Shown here piece by piece: positions 27,200 through 37,449 of a stretch of DNA of 64,000 bases. The notes beneath the pieces are model-generated. The model searched no databases, was not told the origin of the DNA, and saw nothing but the letters and a program-made list of their open reading frames with translations. Every line of letters starts with the position of its first letter. Position 1 is the stretch's first letter. A program made the translations under genes and the position numbers. Origin of the DNA: an uncultured Bacteroidia bacterium (GTDB lineage: Bacteria > Bacteroidota > Bacteroidia > NS11-12g > UBA9320); NCBI GenBank assembly GCA_943789165.1, contig CALSTB010000005.1, positions 601,827 through 665,826 of the forward strand, read 5' to 3'.

Positions 27200-29209
27200 T
27201 TGAGTAAAAACATTCAACTAGAAAATGAGCACGTTAAGGATCTTGAAATGGAGATTTCAAGCTATAAGGACCGTATTCAATTTTTAGAGTCCCAAATTGC
27301 AGATTTGAAAACGAATCCTGCGACCAAAGTCAATGGGAAGACATCGTCGTTGTTGGATTATTCGAAGTCACAACATTTGATAGAGTACGCTTTTTATCCT
27401 TCGGCCATCATCGATAAAAAGAACAACATTCTTAATGCCAACAAACAATTCGAAAGAAGCTTTGGCTATAGCCTGAAAGAATTGAGTCAACTTAACATTG
27501 ATATTTTAATTCCAGAAATATCCATCAATGCACGTAAGAACTTTAACTTAAAATTTCAAAAGGATAATGACAATCGCTTGCTCGGTAAACAATCGGATCT
27601 TCTGGCCATTCATAAAAGCGGCAAAGAGATTCCTGTTGAAGTCGGGGTTTCTTACATCAAAAATGAAAAAGGCTACGAAATTCTCGCAACAGTCATCGAT
27701 GTTTCAGAAAGAAAGTCTATTGAAAAGTCTTTGTTAAAAACAATTGAAAGACTTGACCTATCCTTAAGCGGTGGTGGCATTGGCGTTTGAGATTGGGATA
27801 TTGTAAACAACCTGCTGTTGTGGGATGATTCCATGTACCACTTGTATGAATTAGATCAAACCGATTTTGTTGATGTTTATGATGCATGGGCCAATGCAAT
27901 ATATCCAGATGACAGAGATGCTGCAGAGGCTGCTGTGAAGGCTGCAATAGACGGTATAAAACCATTTGATGTTGAATTCAGGATCATTACCAAAACGGGC
28001 GCCATTAAATACATGCACGGAACCGCTAATGTGGTAAGAGACATGAAGGGAGACGCGTTGCGCATGGTTGGTGTTAACAAAGACATAACTGCAGAGAAAG
28101 AAGCATACAGGCGGTTGTTAATCAGTGAGCGTCAACTCAAAGCTTTCTTTGACATTGCCCCAATTGGTATCGCTAGAAACGACATGGATGGGAAATTCGT
28201 GGAAATCAATTCTGAATTTGAACGATTTATTGGATACACCAAAGAAGAATTAAATGAATTGTCGTATTGGCATTTAACACCTCAAGAATACCAAGAACAG
28301 GAAGACGTTCAATTAAAATCGCTACAAGACCATGGCAAGTATGGTCCTTATAAAAAGGAATACATTCACAAAGACGGCCATAGATTCCCGGTATTGCTTC
28401 ATGGACAAATACTTCAGTCGCTTGATGGTAAAAACTATATCTGGTCCACAGTCCAGGATTTGTCCAGAATAGAACAAACCCAGAAAAAACTCATGTCGTC
28501 TTTGGAACAACTTACTAGCTCGAATGACGAACTGAAAAGGTTTGCTTATGTAGCATCGCATGATTTACAAGAACCTTTACGTGTTATAATGAGCTACTTA
28601 CAGTTAATTGAGCTGTCAGCAAAAGAGGCACTTGACGACAAGTCTTTAGACTATATCCAAAGAGCTTTTAAGGCTTCCAAGCGGATGCGTGATTTGATCA
28701 TTGACCTACTCTCTTTTAGCAGAGTAGAAAGCAAACGGATAAAATTTATGCCAGTTGCCCTTTCTAATATGATTGAAGTAGTTTTAGACGATTTAAGTTT
28801 AGCGATCAAACAAAAAAATGTGATTGTCAACTTACCGGACAATTTACCCACCGTGAGCGGGGATCCAGGTCAATTACAGCGCGTGTTCTTAAATTTAATT
28901 GGCAACGGAATTAAGTTTCAAAAACAAGATTCACAACCCGTTATCGACATTCATTATAAAGAAACAAAGAAGCATTACGAAATATCTATAACGGATAATG
29001 GCATTGGGATAGAAGACGAGTATAAAGACCGTGTATTCGAGATTTTTCAACGCCTACATACTCGTGAGGACTACTCAGGTACTGGAATTGGTCTGTCAAT
29101 AGTTAAAAAGATTATCAAAAAACACAATGGGGATATCTGGTTCAATTCTGAACTAGGCCACGGCACTACGTTTACATTCACTCTTCCTAAAAACCAAGAA
29201 AATGGATAA
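27200..29209 (+). pseudogene. multi-PAS sensor histidine kinase interrupted by one in-frame TGA (27788-27790)
   Basis: ORFs 27200..27790 and 27818..29209 share one frame. The junction reads GGGIGV*DWDIVNNLLLWDD, where PAS domains have GvWdWD. H-box FAYVASHDLQEPLR and an HATPase_c domain (GTGIGLSIVKKI) follow. Confidence 0.8.
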
Positions 29210-29639
29210 GCCTGTACACATACTGTTGGTCGAAGACAATGAAGACGATATCATCATTTTGAAAGAAGTCTTAACCAAACACAACATTGGCCAAGATTTG
29301 TCTACGGTTCGCGACGGTGATGAGGCATTGGATTATATTTTTAAAAGAGGAATATATACAGGAGTTACTACACCAGATTTGGTCCTACTAGACTTAAATC
29401 TACCCAGAAAAAATGGGATGGAAGTACTTAAAGAAGTAAGAAACAATGTGGCCTACAAATATCTGCCAATCATTGTATTGTCTACCTCTAGCTCTCCTGA
29501 TGACATCACCGAAAGTTACCAGAAACATGCTAATTGTTTTATCACCAAGCCGTCTGATATCACGTCATTGGACAACATGGTTCAAGAAATAAAGTCTTTT
29601 TGGCTTAAAACAGCCCAACTACCTAACCAATATGTTTGA
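29202..29639 (+). CDS. single-domain response regulator (CheY/Rcp1-like receiver)
   Basis: ILLVEDNEDD...DLVLLDLNLPRKNG...ITKP. Overlaps both neighbouring genes by 8 nt. Confidence 0.9.
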   Translation: MDKPVHILLVEDNEDDIIILKEVLTKHNIGQDLSTVRDGDEALDYIFKRGIYTGVTTPDLVLLDLNLPRKNGMEVLKEVRNNVAYKYLPIIVLSTSSSPDDITESYQKHANCFITKPSDITSLDNMVQEIKSFWLKTAQLPNQYV

Positions 29640-31575
29640 TCAACTGTGCATTCTCTATATCGAGGATAATGCAGATGATGCATATCTATTAAAAGAATTC
29701 GTTAAACACATTCCAAAACCCATTGATGTTCAAGTAGAAACTACCTTGAAAGATGGGTTGGCGAGATTAGCTAAGGAATCATTTGATTTGGTATTAATCG
29801 ATTTAAGCTTACCTGATTCGAGAGGACTACCATCGATTGAGAAAATCGTTAAACTAAATAAAGATGTTCCTGTCGTGGCATTAACGGGTTTTATGGACAA
29901 AAAACTGGCGTTAAACGCAATCAAAATTGGCGCACAGGATTACCTAGTTAAAGGAGATTACAACGAACACGTTTTAGAGAAAACGTTTTCGTATGCCATT
30001 GAGCGTCATAAGATTATGAAAGACGTGCTGGTGAAACAAGAGCAATTAGAACTAGCCCAGAAAATAGCCAAATTGGGACGTTTTGAATATGATTTCGCCA
30101 CAGATAAATTTAATTGTTCAAAGGAACTCATTCGGGTGTTTGACTTTTCAGAAGACACATGTTTGACTTCCAAACACTTTTGGGAATCGGTGCATCCAGC
30201 TGATCACGAAATGGTTCGCTTCAATTTTGTTAATCACTTAAAGAGCCAACAACCATTTTACATAGACCATCGAATAATAAGCTCTGAAAACATCATAAAA
30301 CATATTCGCGTGTCGATCGAGTCCACATTTGATGACAATGGTCGGTGTGTTACAACAGTTGGTACAGCACAAGATGTTACCAGGGAATACGACCGAAATG
30401 AAATGTTGCGCCATAGTCAGGAACGATTAGATATGGCTGTTAGAGCTGGAAACATTGGTATTTTTGATTGGGACCTTGAAACAGGGAAAATCATTTGCGA
30501 TGACACCGTGTATGGCTTTTACGAAGAGAAGGTTGGCAAACCACTGGACTATGCCGAGGTGTTTTTAAATAGGTTAAACCCTGAAAATAAGGAGCAAACG
30601 CTTAAAAACTTAGACAAAGCAATCAAAAGTAAAAAAGAACTACGACTGTTGTACGACATTATTCTACCGTCAGGAAAGACTAAGTTTATCCAAGTACTCG
30701 CGGAATTCCAGATCAAAGACGAGAAAGTAGTGCGGATGGTCGGTATGGCTAACGACGTGACCAAAACAGTGGAAGCAGATCGATTGCAGGCATCTTTCAC
30801 CAAAAAGCTTGAAGAACAAGTTGAAGCAAGAACCGAACAATTGCAGAAAACACAAGAGCAATTGGAAAATGCACTCGAAACTGAAAAAGAACTGAGTATG
30901 TTGAAGTCTAGGTTTGTGGCGACCGCCTCTCACCAATTTCGGACACCTTTATCCGTTATTCAAAGCAATGTGGAATTAATTTCTATGTTGAATGGAAACG
31001 AATCTTCTAAAAATCCGGAACTGCTTCACAAGGCGGAAAGTCGGATTGAAAATGAAGTAAAACGGATGACGGATTTGATGGATGACGTGTTGATATTAGG
31101 CAAATTGTCGTCTAACCAAATACCCATCGATGTGAAAGAGAATGATCTGGTAACCAGAGTGAAAGAGGCTACTCTGAGCAGTGAGGCAATACAAGATGAC
31201 GGTCGTTTTGTTGATTTACATATTTACGGCAACCCAAGACTGTTAAAGTTCGACAAGCGGACTATTGACCACGTAATTGAAAACTTATTGTCGAATGCTT
31301 TCAAATACTCTAGGAGCCAGAACCCACAGGTGAATCTTCACTTTAGAGATACGCATTGTGCAATGGAAGTGATTGATTTTGGCATAGGAATTCCGAGAGA
31401 TGAGTTGGATAATTTATTCCAAACATTTTACAGATGCTCCAATGTTGGAGACATATCTGGTACTGGCTTGGGTTTAGCGATTGTAAAGGAATATGTGGAA
31501 TTGAATGGGGGGACGATCAGTGTATGCAGTGAAATAGGGAAAAGAACTGCGTTTACGATGACACTTCCCTACTAG
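29632..31575 (+). CDS. hybrid sensor: N-terminal receiver + two PAS domains + histidine kinase
   Basis: REC (ILYIEDNADD...DLVLIDLSLPDSRG), PAS/PAC repeats, H-box FVATASHQFRTPLS and an HATPase_c domain (GTGLGLAIVKEY). Confidence 0.9.
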   Translation: MFDQLCILYIEDNADDAYLLKEFVKHIPKPIDVQVETTLKDGLARLAKESFDLVLIDLSLPDSRGLPSIEKIVKLNKDVPVVALTGFMDKKLALNAIKIGAQDYLVKGDYNEHVLEKTFSYAIERHKIMKDVLVKQEQLELAQKIAKLGRFEYDFATDKFNCSKELIRVFDFSEDTCLTSKHFWESVHPADHEMVRFNFVNHLKSQQPFYIDHRIISSENIIKHIRVSIESTFDDNGRCVTTVGTAQDVTREYDRNEMLRHSQERLDMAVRAGNIGIFDWDLETGKIICDDTVYGFYEEKVGKPLDYAEVFLNRLNPENKEQTLKNLDKAIKSKKELRLLYDIILPSGKTKFIQVLAEFQIKDEKVVRMVGMANDVTKTVEADRLQASFTKKLEEQVEARTEQLQKTQEQLENALETEKELSMLKSRFVATASHQFRTPLSVIQSNVELISMLNGNESSKNPELLHKAESRIENEVKRMTDLMDDVLILGKLSSNQIPIDVKENDLVTRVKEATLSSEAIQDDGRFVDLHIYGNPRLLKFDKRTIDHVIENLLSNAFKYSRSQNPQVNLHFRDTHCAMEVIDFGIGIPRDELDNLFQTFYRCSNVGDISGTGLGLAIVKEYVELNGGTISVCSEIGKRTAFTMTLPY

Positions 31576-31939
31576 ACGAACCTTCTATTGAGGCAATTAA
31601 GTCTTCTACAGAAAAAGGTTTTGTAATGTATGCAGCAGCACCTAGATCCAATCCTAGTTTGCGATTTTCAGACTCAGTTTTTGCTGTAAGAAAAATAAAA
31701 CGAATGTATTTGGTAAGTGAGTTACTTTTAAACTTAGAAATGGTTTCAAAACCATTCATAAAAGGCATCATGATGTCGCACAAAACCACATCCGGAATGT
31801 GCTTTTTAGCTAACTCAAAACCTATTGTGCCATCCGAAGCTTCTAATGTGGAATATCCTTTAAGTTGCAAAATGTCCACGATGCTTTCTCGGACTTGTTT
31901 TTCGTCTTCGATTATTAATACGGACTTAGACGACTTCAT
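31553..31939 (-). CDS. single-domain response regulator
   Basis: VLIIEDEKQ...DVVLCDIMMPFMNG...ITKPF. Its 3' end overlaps the convergent kinase gene by 23 nt. Confidence 0.85.
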   Translation of the reverse strand: MKSSKSVLIIEDEKQVRESIVDILQLKGYSTLEASDGTIGFELAKKHIPDVVLCDIMMPFMNGFETISKFKSNSLTKYIRFIFLTAKTESENRKLGLDLGAAAYITKPFSVEDLIASIEGSSSREVSS

Positions 31940-32053
31940 ATATTGACCTTATCAGCTTCGAATTAACAGTATATTATTGAAATACCTAACATCGAGGCAG
32001 ATGAAATTACTAACTTTAGTGAGACTTATTACAAAATGTGACATAACTATAAA

Positions 32054-32791
32054 ATGATAAAAACGAAAGTAGCTATTATTGAAGATGAAGCCAGTTTGCG
32101 CCAAACACTCTCAGACGTCCTGACCATCAAGGGATACGACGTTCAAACTGCCAATGACGGTGTTGATGGTTTTAGCCTAGTTAAGCGCTATATGCCCGAT
32201 GTGGTTATCTCGGATGTAATGATGCCTAGAAAAGACGGTTTTGAGATGTTAAAAGACCTGAAATCTGATTCTGAAACGGAATTAGTGCCAGTGATATTCT
32301 TAACCGCGAAAGGCGGCTTTGAATCACGTTTGGAAGGTCTTGAATTTGGTGCAGACGACTATTTGACTAAACCGTTTCATACAGAAGAATTACTCCTTAA
32401 AATTAGAAATACCGTTACTGCCAGAAAGAAGTTGCTACAGGCAATGTATTCTACTCCAGATAAGCTGGCTGTAGAATCGATGGATGATCGGTTTTTAAAA
32501 CAAGTTAAGCTGGCCATTGAAGGTGAAATAAGCAACCAAGCATACGGACTTCAAGGCTTGGCCAATGATTTGAACATTAGTACTTCATCGCTCCAGAAAA
32601 AATTAAAAAGAATATCGAATAAGTCTGTAAGTCAGTTTATTAGGGAATACAGACTCAAACGCAGTAGAGACCTAATAGATTTAGGGTACGGCAACCTGTC
32701 AGAAATATCTATGAAGGCAGGCTTTCGGAGTTTAAGTTATTTTTCCAAGTGTTACAAAGACTTTTACGGCGTTAGTCCGAAAGACACCTAA
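32054..32791 (+). CDS. response regulator with AraC-type HTH output domain
   Basis: REC (VAIIEDE...DVVISDVMMPRKDG...LTKPF) plus a C-terminal AraC HTH (SQFIREYRLKRSRDLI...GFRSLSYFSKCYKDFYGVSP). Confidence 0.9.
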   Translation: MIKTKVAIIEDEASLRQTLSDVLTIKGYDVQTANDGVDGFSLVKRYMPDVVISDVMMPRKDGFEMLKDLKSDSETELVPVIFLTAKGGFESRLEGLEFGADDYLTKPFHTEELLLKIRNTVTARKKLLQAMYSTPDKLAVESMDDRFLKQVKLAIEGEISNQAYGLQGLANDLNISTSSLQKKLKRISNKSVSQFIREYRLKRSRDLIDLGYGNLSEISMKAGFRSLSYFSKCYKDFYGVSPKDT

Positions 32792-34296
32792 TCCATTGCT
32801 ATAACCACCTTGTGGTAAATGCTTTGTCCGTTTTTAAGACGAATCATTAATACCATTAGGCTTGACTCAATTGGTGAAACATCCAATTGCACTTGGTTTG
32901 TTCCAAGTAAGTCTTCACTTAACACAACTTTACCATCCATCGTTATTACTTCATAATGCACGATTTGGTGCTCACTGTGAATCGTAAGCATCCCAGCAGT
33001 AGGGTTGGGGTAAACGTTTATTCCAGACGCTTTACTTATTTCTTGAACACCAACTACAGTTCTTAGCAGTGAGTCTGCTTTTAAAATATTGGGTAATCCA
33101 TACCCATATGCCGTATCAGGATTGGTATACCGATCTGCGCTTTGAATTACCGCTTCATAAATCTGTTGGTTGGTCATTGTTGGCCAAGCTTGTTTCAAAC
33201 AGGCAACAAAACCAGCAATCAAAGGACCTGAGAATGAAGTTCCTCCACCAGTTCGCAGAGTTGCTTGATTATTTATGTAAGTCACACCTTTTCCCATAGC
33301 CACTACATCAGGTTTAACCCGACCGTCGGCAGATGGACCGTATGAAGAGAATGGAGCGTGTTTTTGATTAGAATCCACAGCACCAACGCATAGTACATGT
33401 TTACCGTCACAAGGCGCAGTGATATAATGCCAATCGTCATCACCTTCATTTCCAGCGCTATTGGTCACAAAAATCCCTTTTTCGAAAGCCAGTGTAGTAG
33501 CTCGTGTAATTAAGGTTGATTCTCCGTCCATGTCAGCATAGGTATAATCTCCTTCAAGAGAATCGAAGACAGAATACCCTAAAGAAGAATGAATGATATC
33601 GGCGCCATTTTCTTCGGCCCATTCCATGGCTTTTACCCAAGCAAATTCTTCTAAACGCTTTTCGCTCGCTACATCTTCTGTGCGGGCCAATAAAAAATTA
33701 GCACCTGGAGCAGAGCCCATCATGGAATCAGGCCAATTGGCACCTACAATAGACAATACATATTTTCCATGCCCATCATATTCCCAAAACAGACTAGTAT
33801 CGTTAGTAATAAAGTCCCAATACCCTTTAATGCGACCTTGTTGCCAAAGTGAATCGAAGGCATACACCGTATCTGCTTTGTAGAAGCCGCCATCGAATAA
33901 GGCAATGGTCACGTCTTTGCCAGTATAGCCCAGGCGATGAAACGAGTCCAATCCTAGCATGTCTAATTGCCAATCGCTGTTACCGTAACTAAAGACCTCA
34001 TTTGTTTGAGTAGTTTGGTTTTTGACAGTTTTGTAATGCCCCAGTTTTTCAATACGATTGACAAAACTCAAGGCTTTTAAATTTTGCGGATTTCCTTGAA
34101 CACATACCGCATTTAACCAATTGGAAGTCCCAATTACCTCAATATCAAACGATTCGAGGATGGATACATATTCTGAACAAACTACTGGTTTTTCGGATAT
34201 ATCATCTGAACACGTGCCGTTCAAATACACCCATGAATGCTGTGCAAACGCAGAAGAACCAAACATTAAACACAAGACCAATAGTACTTTATTCAT
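32788..34296 (-). CDS. S8 (subtilisin-like) serine peptidase with T9SS C-terminal domain
   Basis: Asp/His/Ser triad regions (ALFDGGF, HGKYVLS, GGGTSFSGP) and a C-terminal VYPNPTAGMLTI... domain. Confidence 0.88.
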   Translation of the reverse strand: MNKVLLVLCLMFGSSAFAQHSWVYLNGTCSDDISEKPVVCSEYVSILESFDIEVIGTSNWLNAVCVQGNPQNLKALSFVNRIEKLGHYKTVKNQTTQTNEVFSYGNSDWQLDMLGLDSFHRLGYTGKDVTIALFDGGFYKADTVYAFDSLWQQGRIKGYWDFITNDTSLFWEYDGHGKYVLSIVGANWPDSMMGSAPGANFLLARTEDVASEKRLEEFAWVKAMEWAEENGADIIHSSLGYSVFDSLEGDYTYADMDGESTLITRATTLAFEKGIFVTNSAGNEGDDDWHYITAPCDGKHVLCVGAVDSNQKHAPFSSYGPSADGRVKPDVVAMGKGVTYINNQATLRTGGGTSFSGPLIAGFVACLKQAWPTMTNQQIYEAVIQSADRYTNPDTAYGYGLPNILKADSLLRTVVGVQEISKASGINVYPNPTAGMLTIHSEHQIVHYEVITMDGKVVLSEDLLGTNQVQLDVSPIESSLMVLMIRLKNGQSIYHKVVIAMD

Positions 34297-36895
34297 CTAA
34301 CAGTTTTTTAATCTCATTTAGTTTTAATAGCGCTTCAATTGGTGTTAAGGTATTGGTATCCAACTGACTAAGTTGTTCCGTTATTTCTTTAAGTTTTGGG
34401 TCGTTTATAGAAAACAAATTCAATTGGTAATCGTTTTGAGGCAGGTTCTTTAAACGGTCTCGGTCGGTCAAGTGTGTTCGGTCTTTTTCAAGTTGAGCAA
34501 GAATTTGGTCTGCTCGTTTCAATACTGGCTTTGGTATACCAGCCATACGTGCAACATGAATTCCAAAACTATGTTCACTTCCTCCTTTTTCTATTTTACG
34601 TAGAAACAAAACTTTCTTACCTATCTCTTTTGTCGTAACGTGATAGTTCACAACAGACTCATTTTTTACTTCTAATTCGTTTAGCTCATGGTAATGTGTG
34701 GCGAATAACGTTTTAGGTTTGGTTGGATGATTGGCAATAAATTCAGCAATCGCCCAAGCCAAAGAAACGCCATCGTACGTACTCGTACCTCTACCAATCT
34801 CATCCAATAATATGAGGCTTCGTTCTGATAGATTATTCAAAATACTCGCCGTTTCGGTCATTTCCACCATAAACGTACTCTCGCCCTGACTGATATTATC
34901 TGAGGCACCTACACGCGTGTATATTTTGTCGACCAAGCCAATTTGAGCATGCTTAGCGGGCACAAAACAGCCGATCTGGGCGAGTACCACGGCTAAAGCA
35001 GTTTGACGCAGTAGGGCACTCTTACCCGACATGTTTGGTCCGGTTAAAATTATGAGCTGTTGCGTGTCTGCATTTAATACCAGATCATTGGGTATGTACG
35101 ACTCTCCGTGTGGGAGTTGGTGTTCAATGACAGGATGCCGTGATTCAACCAGCGCTAACACTTTCGATTCATCAACCTCAGGCTTACAGTAGTTGTTCTC
35201 TGCTGATATCAGACCAAAAGACAACAAGCAGTCTATTTGCGCGATAATGCGGGCATTCACCTGTATATGAGGGACATAGTTTTGAATAGACTCTAAAAAG
35301 GTACGGTACATTTCCGTCTCAATGGCCAGTATTTTGTCCTCAGCCGTTAGGATTTTTTGTTCGTATTCTTTGAGTTCTTCCGTAATGTATCGTTCGGCGT
35401 TTACAAGTGTTTGTTTCCGTATCCATTCAGGCGGAACTTTGTCTTTGTGTGTGTTTTTGACTTCAATGTAGTAACCAAACACATTGTTAAAGGCGATTTT
35501 TAGTGAAGTAATTCCAGTACGCTCAATTTCCCGTTGTTGAAGCGATACCAAATAATCCTTTCCTGAAAATGCCAGCTTGCGCAAGTCGTCTAATTCGTCA
35601 TTTACGCCATCTGCAAACACACCTCCTTTATTGATGAGTAGTGGCGGGTTTTCGGCAATCTCATTTTGTATTTGATCAATAAGTTCACTACAAGGAGCTA
35701 CCTGATTTACCAAATTGGTCAATGCAACCTGTGAGGTGTCCTTACAAAGGTTTCGAGCGTCATTAACCGCTACGAGCGACTTCTTGAGCTGTACCAATTC
35801 GCGTGGATTAATGCGTTGTACGGCAACTTTTGAAATAAGTCGTTCTAAATCCCCAATTTGCTTTAATTGAGTAGTTAAGTCAGTGGCAACAGTTTGGTTG
35901 TTTACAAAGTATTCAACTATTTGAAGTCTTGTCTGAATGCTGGTTAAAGACTTTAATGGCAACACAAGCCATTTTTTTAGAAGTCGACCGCCCATAGGCG
36001 TGTTCGTCTGATCCAAAATTTGGAGCAGGCTTTTTCCATTGGCATGGTTTGGATACACAAGTTCTAAGTTGCGAACGGTAAAATTGTCCATCCACACATA
36101 CGTATCTTCCTCCAGTCTGCTTATCGACGTGATGTGATCGACGTGATTGTGATGTGTTTGTTCTAGATAGTGTAAACACGCACCGCCAGCAGCAATGGCT
36201 AGTTGTTGGTCTTCGATGCCAAAGCCTTTCAGGTTGGCTGTTTGAAAGTGTTGGATGAGTCGATCATAGCCAAAATCATGGGTGAAGATCCAATCATCTA
36301 AGGTGTACGTGTGATGGTCGTTGCCGAATGTGGTTTCAAATCGTTTTCGGTTGGGTTTAGCATACAGCACTTCTGAAGGATTCAGACTTTGAAGCAGTTT
36401 TTGGACGAATTCATCACTGCCTTGCGCAACCATAAATTCCCCAGTTGAAATGTCCAAAAAGGACACGCCTAGTTCATTTTTGTCAAACATCACAGCCGCT
36501 AGGTAATTGCTTTGACGTGATTCTAGAACCTTGTCGTTGTACGTTACCCCAGGTGTTACCAATTCGGTGACACCACGTTTTACCAATTTTTTGCCTTTTT
36601 GAGGCTCCTCGAGTTGGTCACAAATCGCCACACGTTGACCAGCGCGAACCAATTTAGGCAGGTAGGTGTCCAATGAATGATGTGGAAAACCCGCCAATTT
36701 TACGTGAGAGGCTTTCCCATTAGCGCGTTTGGTCAGAACGATATCCAATATTTCTGACGCCTTAACCGCGTCTTCATTGAATGTTTCATAAAAATCGCCC
36801 ACACGAAACAGCACCATGGCTCCAGGGTACTTGACCTTTATTTGCGTGTATTGACGCATTAACGGAGTTTCGCTGTCCTGTTTTACTTTTGCCAC
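34289..36895 (-). CDS. mutS: DNA mismatch repair protein MutS
   Basis: TPLMRQY N-terminus, Walker A GPNMSGKS and motifs DEIGRGTSTYDG and THYHEL. Confidence 0.97.
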   Translation of the reverse strand: MAKVKQDSETPLMRQYTQIKVKYPGAMVLFRVGDFYETFNEDAVKASEILDIVLTKRANGKASHVKLAGFPHHSLDTYLPKLVRAGQRVAICDQLEEPQKGKKLVKRGVTELVTPGVTYNDKVLESRQSNYLAAVMFDKNELGVSFLDISTGEFMVAQGSDEFVQKLLQSLNPSEVLYAKPNRKRFETTFGNDHHTYTLDDWIFTHDFGYDRLIQHFQTANLKGFGIEDQQLAIAAGGACLHYLEQTHHNHVDHITSISRLEEDTYVWMDNFTVRNLELVYPNHANGKSLLQILDQTNTPMGGRLLKKWLVLPLKSLTSIQTRLQIVEYFVNNQTVATDLTTQLKQIGDLERLISKVAVQRINPRELVQLKKSLVAVNDARNLCKDTSQVALTNLVNQVAPCSELIDQIQNEIAENPPLLINKGGVFADGVNDELDDLRKLAFSGKDYLVSLQQREIERTGITSLKIAFNNVFGYYIEVKNTHKDKVPPEWIRKQTLVNAERYITEELKEYEQKILTAEDKILAIETEMYRTFLESIQNYVPHIQVNARIIAQIDCLLSFGLISAENNYCKPEVDESKVLALVESRHPVIEHQLPHGESYIPNDLVLNADTQQLIILTGPNMSGKSALLRQTALAVVLAQIGCFVPAKHAQIGLVDKIYTRVGASDNISQGESTFMVEMTETASILNNLSERSLILLDEIGRGTSTYDGVSLAWAIAEFIANHPTKPKTLFATHYHELNELEVKNESVVNYHVTTKEIGKKVLFLRKIEKGGSEHSFGIHVARMAGIPKPVLKRADQILAQLEKDRTHLTDRDRLKNLPQNDYQLNLFSINDPKLKEITEQLSQLDTNTLTPIEALLKLNEIKKLLDE

Positions 36896-36912
36896 CTCAA
36901 ATTGGAAATTAA

Positions 36913-37449
36913 ATGCCTCGCAAATTAAAAAATATAGAGCTTAATAGGCTGACTGTGGATGAATTTAAAAATGCGTCCAAACTTCCTATTTGTGTCGTAC
37001 TGGATAATGTTCGAAGTATGTTGAACGTCGGTTCGGTATTTAGGACATCCGATGCCTTTAGAATTGAGCAATTATTGTTGTGTGGCATTACGGCAACTCC
37101 ACCTCATCGCGACATTACAAAATCAGCGATTGGGGCAGAACAAGCAGTGGATTGGAAGCACTTCTCGAGTACAGTTGAAGCGGTAAACGATTTAAAGTCA
37201 AAAGGTTATGTTATTTTAGCCATTGAACAAACCGAAAATTCAATCATGATTGACCAATACGACTTTAGCCGAAATAACAAATGCGCCTTGGTTCTTGGCA
37301 ATGAAGTTGAAGGTGTATCTGACGAGGTGATTGCCTTGTGCGACGATGTCATTGAAATTCCTCAGCTAGGAACAAAACATTCGTTGAATATATCCGTTTG
37401 TGCAGGTGTGGTCATCTGGGAAGCGGCAAAACCATATATGCATGCATAA
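36913..37449 (+). CDS. SpoU/TrmH-family RNA 2'-O-methyltransferase
   Basis: SPOUT motifs NVGSVFRTSDAF, LVLGNEVEGVS and SLNISVCAGV. Confidence 0.85.
   Translation: MPRKLKNIELNRLTVDEFKNASKLPICVVLDNVRSMLNVGSVFRTSDAFRIEQLLLCGITATPPHRDITKSAIGAEQAVDWKHFSSTVEAVNDLKSKGYVILAIEQTENSIMIDQYDFSRNNKCALVLGNEVEGVSDEVIALCDDVIEIPQLGTKHSLNISVCAGVVIWEAAKPYMHA

Noticed and set aside
27788-27790. TGA as a sense codon (genetic code 4/25) or selenocysteine
   Set aside because: TGA clearly terminates other well-defined genes in this window (for example 9143-9145, 29637-29639, and 4450-4452 on the minus strand). A Cys/Sec residue is not expected at this PAS position, and I see no obvious SECIS-like hairpin. Kept only as a nonsense or read-through candidate.
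31626-31946. Antisense ORFs inside confirmed genes (this one, and also 3052..3414, 43262..43597, 51471..51887, 9305..9691, 20487..20813, 57063..57404 and others in the track)
   Set aside because: Each lies fully inside a longer ORF on the other strand that has clear family motifs. Their compositions are typical of antisense-frame artefacts.
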